The position numbers and the translations under genes were made by a program. Positions 35,045 to 46,498 of a stretch of 46,498 nt of DNA are shown here, one piece after another. Within the stretch, counting starts at the first letter, position 1; every line of letters begins with the position of its first letter. Source of the stretch: Psammoneis japonica (Eukaryota). The notes beneath the pieces were generated by a model. The model made no database searches. It was not told where the DNA came from and saw only the letters and a list, made by a program, of their open reading frames with translations. The DNA lies in contig QPGO01000039.1 in NCBI GenBank assembly GCA_008632985.1, positions 558,001-604,498 on the forward strand, given 5' to 3'.

Positions 35045-35467
35045 CCAATCGCACCGAATGGACGGTGCATTGCGGTCCGTTTTAAAAGAAAACAAAGATT
35101 TGTACCTCCTCGCCCTTATGGACGAAGACCCGGTTTCGTCGACAAGCAACGCTCTAGATCAAGCGAGCTGCAAGGTCGAATAGCCGGGGCACACGTTGGT
35201 AACAAAAAATGCCCTACCGAAAATAATAGATTGCTGTTACGCTAAAGGGGTTTTATACGTACAGTAAAACGGCGCGTCACGACAGCAAAACTGAACCTGA
35301 CGCTTCATCATGTTGTGAATGACAATGAGATACATTTCAAAGAATGTATCTATAATGTATAAGCAATAGACAATTGCAAATCAAAGCACCCCAATTATAA
35401 TCATAACTGGAGTTCGACACGCCTTCTTCTGGCACCGAATGTTCCCCATGGAGAGAAACGTTGTCAT

Positions 35468-36958
35468 TCAATCACACCAGTCGCATTCCTTCTGACAAGT
35501 GTCTCCAATGAGACCCCCGTTAAGGTGATCCGCTTTTGTCGCAATGCTTTTCCGTGCGAATCTCCTGAAGCCCTAGCCACCTACACGTTTTCGTGCAGCG
35601 CTTCAAACCAAGTTTGCGGCAGATTCCAATCTTATCTGTGTTGCGGTTTCCGCCGCATTCCGGATCGGCGGCGATGGGGCGACGGCGTTCAGGGTCATCA
35701 CACCAGTCACACTCTTCCTGACAAGTATCTCCAACAAGACCGCCGTTTAAGTGATCTTGTTCATCGCAATACTTTTCGGTACGACTCTCTCTACGCCCAA
35801 GCCACCGGCACGTTTTCTTGCAGCGCTTCTTGCTAACCTGGTGGCAAATTCCAATCTTGTCCGAGCCATCGTTATCGCCACATGCTGGTTCCAGGGCGGG
35901 AGGCGGCGGTGGAGGAGGAGGGCTTGGCGTTGAGGGAGGATTGGGAGAATCACGGTCGAGCAGGGTTCCGGTGCAGGTACCGCGAGGAAGAGGCTCCTTG
36001 ACAACTCGCACTTCTTCCGGCGAGATCGTGGCCATGGTGTCAAGAGGCGGAGGCTGGTGAGTCTCTAGCGTGGCCCTAATGTCAATATCACCTTCGTCGT
36101 CATAGACCGGAGTGGTACTGTTTGTAAGCATGTGATGGCAGTTATCCAGCACCTCAATGTCGCAGTCATCGATAACACTTTGAAGAAAGTCTTTGTCCCA
36201 ACCCGCAATGTAGTCTGCATGTAGGTTGTCCGAGCCATGTGAAAAGTATGCCAGCCTCCAGGATAATCCTTGATTTGGATGAAAAGCGATAGCACTGGGA
36301 ATCGCCCGGCTTGATGAGTCGGGGGGCACTCGCCTTCAAAAGAGCCATCCAAGGGATAGGCCACGTGCGAGATGTGATCGTCGGAATCTAGGCTACCGTT
36401 CCAGCACCTCGGGAACGTGATGGAGAATTCAAAGAACTCGCATGCGGTGGAAGGAAAGAAGTTACTCTCCGTATAGTCATCGCCTTCAGCGTCATGTGGC
36501 TCTATGCAACCCTTGAATATCTCAAAGTCTCCGGGAGGAATTGAGTCGGGATCCACCCCGGCAATCATCTTTAGGCCTGGGGGAAAGGCAACCAGGTTTT
36601 CATCATCACTTTCCCAAAAGTAGTACGCAACTCCAAACTCAATTGGCGATAGAGTGTACGTGCGGGTGGAACGATCATACTTATAGACACTTGGATGCCA
36701 GTAGAGCGACATGTTTTCTCGGATTTCGCCAGTCGACTGATCCGGCGACATTCTCAAGAGATCAGCAGCAGTAGTTTTCAGGACGTAAAGCCTGCGGACC
36801 GTAAAAGGTGTGGACGTGATCCGAGAGACAAGTCTGGTTGATGATGGGATCGGTGCGTACATGGCCTGTGGGCAGGTAGTGGCTGTTGATGCGACCAGCG
36901 AAAACATCATGAGCACTCAGAGGAGGATGTGGGCGGCAGAGATGAAAAGAAACATCAT
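35468..36958 (-). CDS. Secreted DUF1996 domain protein with Pro linker and two Cys-rich C-terminal repeats (several frameshifts)
   Basis: RTDPII...SDHVHTFYG, ENMSLYWHP, AFPPGLKMIAG, FPRCWNGSLDSDDHISHVAY and LHADYIAGWD, spread across frames. The DKIGIC...KTCRWLG...CQxECDWCD unit occurs twice. Confidence 0.85.
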
Positions 36959-37677
36959 CGTGTGCCATTTTTTCTCGGGATATTGAACAATTGTGATCAG
37001 ATGTATGATGTATGAGGGTAGAAGCGAATTTGCACTGTCACAAACCTGCGAAAGGGCGACCAGCGATCACACTGTCACAACCACCGGTGCAAAGACGATT
37101 ACACTGCACAAACTGGTGAAAGCACGACCAAAAACTTCGACAAACCGGTAAAAGCCGTCTTCGACAAACCGCTAGAGAGAGAAGAACTAGCATCACAATG
37201 CCACCCGACCCACTTGTGACCTTGAAAGATAGAGTAGAGTGGCGCGATAATCCAAAAATCCAAAATGTTTCGGGCGGTGGCGCGATGTTTATCGGCTTTA
37301 GGTAGAAGTACCGGTATCTTGCAAGAAATGAATGAAATACTACTACATACCCGGTACCGGTAATCGGGCGGTATGTCCGTCCGGCCCCATTGGGGGAAGT
37401 CTGTCCAAAGAATCTTTTGTAGAAAATTTGTACTGAAACAGTCTGTCAATCAGCGAGTTTCCAGGGCTTTGCGTAGGACTGAAACGCATGCACTAACATA
37501 CAGACTCCCATGACTCTTTACGGCATACAAATCCAAAACGCACTGGTGGACGGAACTTCTTTGGACAGAGACTGTCCAGTGTCTTTCCAACCTTGATGAC
37601 GCGCAATTTGCCCGCCAAGATCTTATGCAATTTTTTCCCCTTGGGGTTCACGCACACACGCACACAAACACACCACC

Positions 37678-40348
37678 ATGACGACAGGAAACGGCAACGG
37701 TGGCGCCAAGAATAAGAGGGCGGCGCCCTCCAAAACAACAATTGCTTGGTCAAATAGCTTAGCTCTATTCGCTATCTTGTCCTTGGCAGCTTCTTTTATG
37801 GCTGGACGAATAGCACAAAGCCGCTATGGAATAGCCAATTTCAGCACGGGTGACGAGACTGATGAGACAACGACATCGCCTGAGGAAGAAATACACCGGT
37901 CGTGTCAGCACTTGATGATGGATTTAAATGACCTTGACCCGACATTCTTAGAGTCGGAGAGTGCTCTTTCGTCAATCATAGTTGAGACTGCCGAAGAATT
38001 TGACGTTAACACGACACAGTTCTCGCCAGAGTGCTCACTTCGCAAGGGTGTAAATTGCCATATTTTGTTTCCTCCGGGGAGCTTTATATCTATTCAAAGC
38101 CATGTTTCCAAGAGGGTAGCAATGATGGATGTTGTAATTTGTGATGACGATGACGACAATGATCTGTTCGAGGTGATTGAAGTTGTCGAGGAGGCGTTTG
38201 AAGACCATGATCAGGACCCTCATGTCGTATGGTCAATAAAAGTCAGAGGATGTCGATCAGAAAAATTCAACACTGATCACTTTATACGGGAAGAGCATGC
38301 AGCTTTCTGTTTCAAGGAATTGGTAAGTGAACATTGCTGTGGTGGGTGATGGGATTTTTTCCACGCTTTTGGGGCCTGATTTCAACTGTTCCTTTCAATC
38401 TTTAGGTGGGTTCGGCCGAAACGCCCTTTCAGACAATCGAAGTCTACGACTATATCGGAGTAGAAGATTACCGCCGTTTCCATAATTACCAAAAGGCTGA
38501 GACGTGTGTTGCAACTGATGGAAACTTGTGTCAGCCAGAACGAGCCGTCTTTTTGAATGGCGTGATACAGTCAACTAGGACGGGTGACGCCGCTTACCAC
38601 GAAGCCTTGGTCCATCCCGCCATGTTTGCTCACAAACGGCCCGAACGTGTCGCCATTATCGGTGGGGGAGAGGGCGCAACCCTTCGTGAAGTTCTTAAAC
38701 ACAAATCAATCAAGCAGCAATCATGGTGGAATTGACGCCGAAATGATGAGCACCTCACGAGAGCTATTGCCCAGTTGGAACTCGTGTGCGACATTCTTGA
38801 AGTACGAGTGCTGTTTTGATGATCCGCGAGCCACTGTTTATGCAGAAGACGCTCTTGCTTGGTTTATTGATCGATTCTATAAAGGAGATAGTGACCGTGC
38901 TAACGAGAAGGGTTTGGAGAATGCCGAGCCCATGGATGTTATCATTATGGATGCCCTGTAAGTTGATGGCTCGTGGTGTTGGCTCTGTGCTTTGCCCCGA
39001 CTCTCCGTTCATTTATTATAACATTGTGTCTTTGGTACAGGGATCCTGCGGATGAAGCTGATTTCTGTGAGATGCTCTACAGCAACAATGTGTTCTTGGA
39101 GTCGCTGTACAATGCTCTTTCGGAGAAGGTATTCTCGTTATGCAACTTGGCGAAGCCCCACACGCAGGCGATGCTCCAGATATGTTGACAGTAAACTATC
39201 TCCGCGCTTCTGTCGTGCAAAAGCTTGGTGAAATTGGTTTTGAGAGTATTCAAGTTTTCGATGAGGTACGTGATCTGAAAACATTTTGTCACTGTCGCTA
39301 CGACTACAATTCTTATACTTTGCCTTTTTTTGCTTCTGTCGTCATTCAAGGACTGTGAATTTGAAGCTCCCTGACCTATCTTTTTGCGTTTAAAGACTGG
39401 CATACTCGGAAAAAGTGGTTTTCCACTGAAGCTGAAATGGAACGGGAAATGCACATTCGTGCCATGCCGACAAGGTCTGGTCGGTTGCCGTTCCAGTATT
39501 TCGACGGAGCGACAATGATGTCTTATCAACAGTCATCCCGGCAGTTCCAAGAAGTTTTGTAAGCAGCACCCAACTCCCGTAGGGTGTGAAAAGAGTAAAG
39601 GATACGACCCATACGTTCCAAACGTTCCAATGACTTCCTTCGAGGTCAAGAAGAGTGGGGTCGGTGGCCAGGGGTTGTTTGCAACGGTTGATATTGCAAG
39701 GGATCATATATTGCAGCCAATACGAATGCAGATGCATTGCTTTTCTCTGACTCTACAATGAGAATGATATACTCGCTTGGCGACAAGGAACAAGTGGCAG
39801 ACGCGTTGGATCCACTGTATCGCTACTCAATTGGGTATGGTTTTGAGAGCGACGCATTCGTGAGTTTAGAAGCCACCCATGCGTTCCCTTCCCATCTTTT
39901 GTCCGTCTCTCACTTGTTTCTTCACTCTTCTATGCTCAATTTGGCGGGATGCTAATAGGGAGGAAGTGCTGTTGTGGTAGACTCAAGTATGAACGCATTC
40001 ATAAACCACGGTTACAATGGGACCGACAATGTTCGTATGGACATGCAATTTGGCTCTGTCGGATTTACAGAGTCCTCTGCGGACAAGGAGGAAATGTCTC
40101 GAGATTTCCCGGAGGGATTCGTAGAAAGATTTCCTTTCAATCCAGCAATAGACGGGCATCTTCGTCGCGTTGTTCTTGGCGGTAAAATTGCCCTACGAGA
40201 TATTCGTGCAGGGGAAGAAATTTTCGACAGCTACTCTATCATGACCTCTTCAAGCAAGAGTTGGAACCATGATGTGCGACAGCTCAGGTCCAAATGCCGC
40301 GGGCAAGCTGTTGGAGATGTATCAGAGTGCGATGAGAGAGAGTTGTAG
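37678..40348 (+). CDS. Degenerate AdoMetDC-like + spermidine synthase-like aminopropyltransferase + SET-like fusion; about 5 exons, with frameshifts
   Basis: N-terminal TM; QHLMMDL (AdoMetDC-like); ETPFQ, LNGVIQS, YHEALVHPAMFAH, VAIIGGGEGATLREVLKH, DVIIMDAL|DP; C-terminal FINHG and ALRDIRAGEEIFDSY. Confidence 0.85.
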
Positions 40349-40494
40349 TGTCGCGGGAGTGGCTTTTACAATCATAGAATTCAAATATAGGTTCTACTAC
40401 ATTAAAGAAGAAACAAAAATCTGTTCTACCAAGCATCAAGCTAACCCACATAAGATATTGTGTTCATTGCTTCACGGTTCCTGTCATAGCTTCT

Positions 40495-40776
40495 TCAAAA
40501 GAAGTCATCCTTATCAATTCGCGGTCTTAATTTTTCCCATTCTTCCTTGGTTGGCGGTCCGATCTTTGGCGGCTTTCGGATTGCTTGTGCCTCGCGTACC
40601 CGTTGCATCTGTTTCAGCATAGATTGCGTCTTTTTGGTATATAGAGTAAACCCTGCGGAAGCTCCTAGTATCACGGCGGCCAAGCCAAGCTGAAGCGCGG
40701 TTGGTGAAGACGACAACGGCGAATTTTCAGGCGGTTTCTTCTGCTGTTCGGAAGTGGACGGGGTGGGTGATGACAT
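40495..40776 (-). CDS. Small single-TM protein of unknown function
   Basis: 93 aa with hydrophobic LQLGLAAVILGASAGFTLY followed by a basic tail. Confidence 0.6.
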   Translation of the reverse strand: MSSPTPSTSEQQKKPPENSPLSSSPTALQLGLAAVILGASAGFTLYTKKTQSMLKQMQRVREAQAIRKPPKIGPPTKEEWEKLRPRIDKDDFF

Positions 40777-41131
40777 CTTTTCAATACTCTTGTTTTCTCT
40801 CTTCGAATGTGGAACGATATAAAGTTGAAGTTGATGCTCCTCCGTCAATAAGCGAAGTACGCTATCACGTGTGTGTTTGTCGTAATGCTCTTGTGAGTGA
40901 TGGTATTCAAACGCCGAATTCTGGAGGTGTCATCGTCCGTTCGTTCGAATCGTCGATCGATCATCGATCTGATGATGATGACTGATGATGATTCTTGTGA
41001 GTCGTGCGCGATCGAGCGACGCACGAACGCACGCACGACTGACCACGCGATTTTTGAGAATTTGCTCCCTTTTCACACAAAGAAATGAAACAGATCACAG
41101 AGTTCTCGTTCATTTTTTGACGGTGTCGAAG

Positions 41132-42312
41132 ATGGCAAAAGGCTGAACTTGCTTCGGATACCATGTCGGACACTCTCAAAGATTTTGCTGCTGGTACTAT
41201 GGGTGGCTTTGTAGCCAAATTGTTGGACTATCCCCTGGACACAGTGAAGGTACGGGGGGTGGGAATTGTTTGTTGTTTGTTTTGATGTGCTCCGTGCACA
41301 CGAGTGGTGTGGGTGTTGATGCGTTGCATATCCGATCATCGTTGAGGACCTGCTTGCGGAAGCCTAATGAAAAGAGAAGTATCTTGTGAAATTTCCTGAA
41401 CGTATTGTGTTACTTCCTATGAATCATAGTTTTATCGACTCATTCCTACATCTTCTGCTTTGACTACTAGGTTTTGTTGCAAACTCAGTCAGTCACCGGC
41501 AACGCGAACTCGACCGCAACAAAATCGCCTCCTTTGTATCGAGGAGCATGGCACTGTTTACAGCATACGTTCGAAACCAAGGGAATTACGGGCTTCTACA
41601 AGGGCTTGAGTTCCCCGCTCGTCGGAAGCATGGCTGAAAATGCCGTCTTGTTTCTCTCGTATAGCAAGTTCAAATCGCTTCTGGCTGGTACAGGTGGACA
41701 TCATCACGATTTGTCCTTGTTAGAGCTCGCTCTAGCTGGTGGGGCAGCCGGTGGTGTTGTTTCTTTTGTTTTGACGCCGGTGGAGCTTGTGAAATGCCGC
41801 TTGCAAGTGCAAAGTTCCGCAAGCAGTGGCTTCCGTGCGTACAAGGGTCCGATTGATGTGATTGTGCAGACGCTAAAAACAGAAGGACTAGCAGATGGGT
41901 TATTTCGGGGACACTTCAGTACAATGTTGAGAGAAGTTCCGGGTAACATCTGTTGGTATGGCACTTATGAAGCGTTTTGTATGGCATGATTCCCGAGGAT
42001 GGCACCCGCCACGACTTGGGTCCCGAAGCTCACATTGCGGGTGGTGCACTCGCCGGCATGGCTTACTGGACGGCGTTTTATCCAGCAGATACGATCAAGT
42101 CCCAACTACAGGTTCATCCAGAGCACGCTCATCATGGATTCTATGAAACGCTGGTGAAAATATGGCGATCACAGGGTTTAAAGGGTCTTTATCGAGGATG
42201 GGGCGTGACAGTGTGCCGGGCCGCGCCTGCGCATGCAGCCCTTTTTGCCACCTACGAGCAATGCATTAAATGGCTAAAGCCATCACACCTGTATCCACCT
42301 CATGGGGCTTAA
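41132..42312 (+). CDS. Mitochondrial carrier, ornithine/basic amino acid carrier-like; intron 41250-41470; frameshift near 41980
   Basis: Three carrier signatures PLDTVK, PVELVK and PADTIK; SMAENAVLF and REVPG resemble SLC25A15/ORT1-type carriers. Confidence 0.88.
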
Positions 42313-42738
42313 AAAAGACAGCGAAGTTGGCACACGATAGTGTTCGCAACGTCCTTTGTCACTATAGAGGAACTAAAAGTACCATAGATCATTATATTGT
42401 TGTTATCTGTCTCTTATCCCCTTTAGCTGCCGTATCAGATCACCTTCCATTGGCTCAATCTTTATGAATCCTATGCCCATTCCAGTCCTTCAGTCTACCT
42501 TCGCCTTGTAGGTGGTATCGCTAGAGAGAGCACTTGTTTCTTTTCCCCGAAGGAGAAAACTTGCCCGACTTCCCTCCATGGACATCATGCCACAGTACAA
42601 CTAAGAGAAGGTCGTCTGCGCTCAGGAACCATTTACCTTTTGAGACACTAAAGTACAGTTGCCTTTAGGATCATTCTAGACTATGTATATGGATTATTAT
42701 TTTCAAAAGGACAAAACTGTCAAAGGCAGTTTGACACT

Positions 42739-45512
42739 CTAGTCAAGAACAGGGACTTCGACGCGCTTGGTCAATCGTAGTATTGTTCCGCGAATGTGAG
42801 ACGAGTTAAGTCCAGCCTGCTCGTATTGTTCGTATTGAGTAGCAGTCTCAAAGTAGGTATCTGGTAGCACCATGGGTCGGAACTTGAGGTTTCCATCATC
42901 CAAAGCGCCGTCCAAGGACAAAAAGTGCAACACGTGATCACCGAACCCACCGATGCTTCCTTCTTCAATTGTTATTAGCACAGAGTGTTCATCGGCCAGG
43001 TGTCTAACCAAATCAACATCAAGTGGCTTCATAAAGCGAGCATCCGCCACTGTTACTCCCAATGTTGGGTCGCTTTCTTCCACCTCGTTGGCAGCAATGA
43101 GTGCTTCAGAAAGCCTGGTGCCAATGGAAAGAATGGCAACCCGATCCTTACGTTCCTTTCCACGTGTTGAAGATTCAGATTGGCTGAAACCTCCAGGCCC
43201 ACGGACAATGCGTCCTTTTCCGATCGGTAGAGATTCACCTGCAACATTCAACGAAAAAAAAATGAGACGAGAAGTAAAAATATGATTGCCGAGAATAGCG
43301 AATCTACTTACCCTTTGCAGGGATTTCACCATTCTCCAACTCATATCCAAACAATGACTGCAATGTCTCGGCGCCGTAACCAGTGCCACGAGGATAACGC
43401 AAAACTGTCGGACCGTCATCGAAGTCGGCGCATGTCTTGACCATGTTTCGAAGTTCGATTTCGTCACTTGGAGCCATAATCGTAAGATTGGGGATGCAGC
43501 CCATGTAAGCGAGGTCATAGCATCCGTGGTGGGTGGGGCCGTCGTTACCCACGAGGCCAGCACGGTCAAGGATCATGCGGACAGGGAGGTTCTGGATCGC
43601 CACGTCGTGGACAACTTGGTCGTAGCCACGCTGCATAAATGTTGAGTAAATGCACACAAATGGCTTCAATCCCTCGCATGCCATACCTGCTCCCATACAG
43701 ACAGCATGTTGTTCGGCAATACCAACATCAAAGGTACGCTTGGGGAAGCGTCTTCCGAAAATGTCCATTCCGGTTCCACCGGGCATTGCCGCTGTGATTC
43801 CTACAATCGCTCTGTCTTCCGTTGCTGCATCGATAAGGGAGTTCGCAAAGATTGAAGTCATACTGGGAGCCGATGATTTGCCCTTGAATTGGACGCCAGT
43901 ACCAAGGTCGAACTTGGCCACACCATGCATTCTATCACTCGCCTGAAGAGCTGGAGGATATCCGTAACCCTTCACAGTCTTGAGATGCAAAAGCACGGGT
44001 TTGTTGCTGGGGCTGTCACGAAGCTTTTCAAGAATGGGGACAAGATTGTCCAAATCATGACCGTCCACAGGACCGACGTAGTAGAACCAAGCTCCTCAAA
44101 AAGGGTACCCCAGAGACAATACACGAGCATACTCATCGAAACGCTTGTTCACCCTTTGAATGTCTTCCGGCAACAGGCGGTTAAAACTCTTGGCAAAGTC
44201 ACGGAAATCCTGGAAAGGCTTCGAAACAAGCAAATTCGAGGTGTAGGTGGATAGCTGAGATGCGGGAACGACACCTCCNACTGGGTGTACCGGTAGGAAG
44301 ACTAACTTGACCATTGTCGTTGAGGACAACAATCATGCGCGAGCGAAGGTATCCGGCGCTATTCATCGCCTCGTAGGCCATACCACCGGTAATGGCACCA
44401 TCTCCGATAACAGCAATACAGTTATTCTTTCGTTTGTTAAGGAGAGATTTCGCGACACTCATTCCTTGAGCAGCCGAGATGGACGTCGAGGAGTGTCCAG
44501 CCCCAAATGAGTCATACTCGCTCTCCTTGCGCTTGCAAAACCCAGAAATTCCCCCGAGTTGACGTAGTCCGGACATTCTTTCCCTTCGCCCTGTTAGCAC
44601 TTTGTGTGCATAACACTGATGCGATACATCCCAGATAATGTCATCTTCCGGCATGTCGAAGACATAGTGAAGAGCAACGGTGAGCTCGTTCACACCCAGT
44701 GATGAGCTCAAATGACCGCCCGTCTTGGATACGGACTCCAAAACCTCCCATCGAAGTTCATTGGCAAGCTGCTCTCCGAAACGAAAAAAATGTGAGGAAA
44801 AACTGTGTTCAACCTACATTATCACCATCCCATCGATGCCATAATCAACTCACCTGTTTCAGATCCTTCATATCGAGGCGTTTCATATCTTCAGGTGTAT
44901 GTATCGAATCTAAAACTGGTTTCACTGCTGGACCGGCATAAGGAGGACCAGGAATATTACTACCATCCTCCGCCATAAAGGCGTCTGTTGAAGTTTCCCG
45001 TCCATTGTGAATAGCACGATTGTTTAGAATGGATGACGGAACAAAAGCCACAGCCTGCGAGAAAGTTGGAGGTTGGATGGAGTTGAAAGAAAAAAATCGT
45101 ATCCAAAAAGAAACCCGGTTGTTGAAGCAAACCAAAAGCATTGCACGCAAAATCCAGTACAACCCCACGTAGAAGCAGTCGAAGGATTCAAGTGAACACA
45201 TCCATCGCGAAAGGCGGAAACAACCATGGCGAAGGAAGCGGACGCAAGAAAGGAGAAGAAAGAAAAGAAGATGCAATGAGATGAGTGCATTAAAAATAGA
45301 AACGTCAAAAAACGATAATATCATCTCAATGGCATAACACATAAGCCATTTGCCACGAAAATTATTGACCTCCAACAAAGAACAAAAATTGGATGAGGCG
45401 AACCTCGATCCGTTCATCCAAGCCCACTTCTAAGCCTTTTGAAGTCTCTCACCAGCGAAATACTTACCGATGAAGCTGCTGTGAGCAGCGTAACAACTCT
45501 AGAGAGGTGCAT
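42739..45512 (-). CDS. dxs: 1-deoxy-D-xylulose-5-phosphate synthase, plastid-targeted, multi-exon
   Basis: Spliced presequence [98 protein letters not shown]. Confidence 0.97.
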
Positions 45513-46498
45513 CGTGATGAATGAGTTGATTTCCGATGAAAATTATGGGTTGGTTGTAATCGATTGATTGATGTTCGACTGACGAAGCAAGTCCACCCCT
45601 GAATCGCGCATGCACAAAGAGATCGCGCTTGTGAGCTGTTTCCAGGTCAATTAAGAAAATTAGACACGTCACAATATAGTTAAATATTGATGACATCAGA
45701 GAGCTAAATAATTGTCTGTGCTGTCGTTTCCCTTTGCCCGCCCCCCCCCCCCCGGCGCGCGCCGCCGCCCCACGTCCAAAATGCATGAATGAATCAATCA
45801 GATGTGATCATCCCAAGGCGTCACCTCGATTTGATCCTGTACCTCGAGAACAGCGTAACGATCCTTTCTTTCACACATGTATAGTTAGTACGTAGAAGTT
45901 TCTTGGAACATTTGTGACTTGACGCATTTCGCTCTAGACATTGTAGACACTAATTGACGTCGCACCACATTCGGAGATGGATGATTCTACTGTATGAGAG
46001 AAACACGAAAATGGAAGCTAGTTATCCTTTTCTATCCCGACTTTGAAATGAAGACGAAACAAGAATCTATAGAATGGTCCCTTGACTGCTTTGCCTCGTC
46101 GAATTCAATACGACGAAAAAATCTATCCTGAGGTGCCCCACTTTTAAGTAAGGTTTTCGCCATCTAATTGAGCCATCATTCCTCGAGACATATAGGTATC
46201 ACTAGATCATTTCGTTGATTCTTCCACAAACTTGTTCACAGCCACGTATTCGAAAATGTATCTCTATAATACTTATTTATTCAATGCCGATGAACCAGCC
46301 AGGGAGGGCCGCAAAATTCAAAATTTCTATACATCATATCGTAGGAACCAATGCGCCGAGCTGCTTATGCCACTGGGTTGACCCACAGATGCCCTATTAG
46401 TGGTAGTTGTCGCCCTAGAAACGGCGGAAAGGGTGTCTTCTTATCGGAGGTAATGGGAGAATCGTCAATGGTCTTGATCAGTTCGGGTTCTGTCCGTG

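Noticed and set aside
34700..44300. Frameshifts in the M43 copy 2, DUF1996, polyamine fusion, carrier and DXS genes as pseudogenisation or recoding
   Set aside because: They are mostly single-base indels in short runs, occur even in an essential gene (DXS, which also contains an N), and motifs are otherwise intact. Assembly error is most likely.
45738..45772. Poly-C/GC tract upstream of DXS as a regulatory G-quadruplex
   Set aside because: A simple homopolymer of uncertain length with no further support.

Overview
Eukaryotic, intron-containing DNA, most likely from a diatom. The evidence is bipartite plastid-targeting presequences with an A-F motif, a CoDi-type Ty1/copia element and an AdoMetDC-aminopropyltransferase-SET fusion gene. 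Ordinary host genes: a GH18 hydrolase, glycine cleavage T protein, XAP5/FAM50, a MYND-SEL1 protein, two paralogous M43 metalloproteases, an FG-GAP protein, a DUF1996 protein, a polyamine-synthesis fusion, a mitochondrial ornithine-type carrier and DXS. A young copia element (9998-16573; LTRs identical by eye; GCAGG target duplication) is nested in a 5'-truncated RLE-type non-LTR retrotransposon. The most striking signal is two bounded domains (~1-3900 and ~18250-21900) nearly stripped of TpA. In them TA appears converted to TG/CA on both strands, turning conserved Tyr codons into Cys/His. This looks like a region-targeted A-to-G hypermutation process, the mirror image of fungal RIP. The copia element also has an in-frame UGA-CUG gag/pol junction, a hydrophobic segment before the protease, and a PBS resembling the complement of the initiator tRNA-Met D-arm. 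Many single-base frameshifts between ~34700 and 44300 are probably assembly errors. All counts and comparisons were made by eye.
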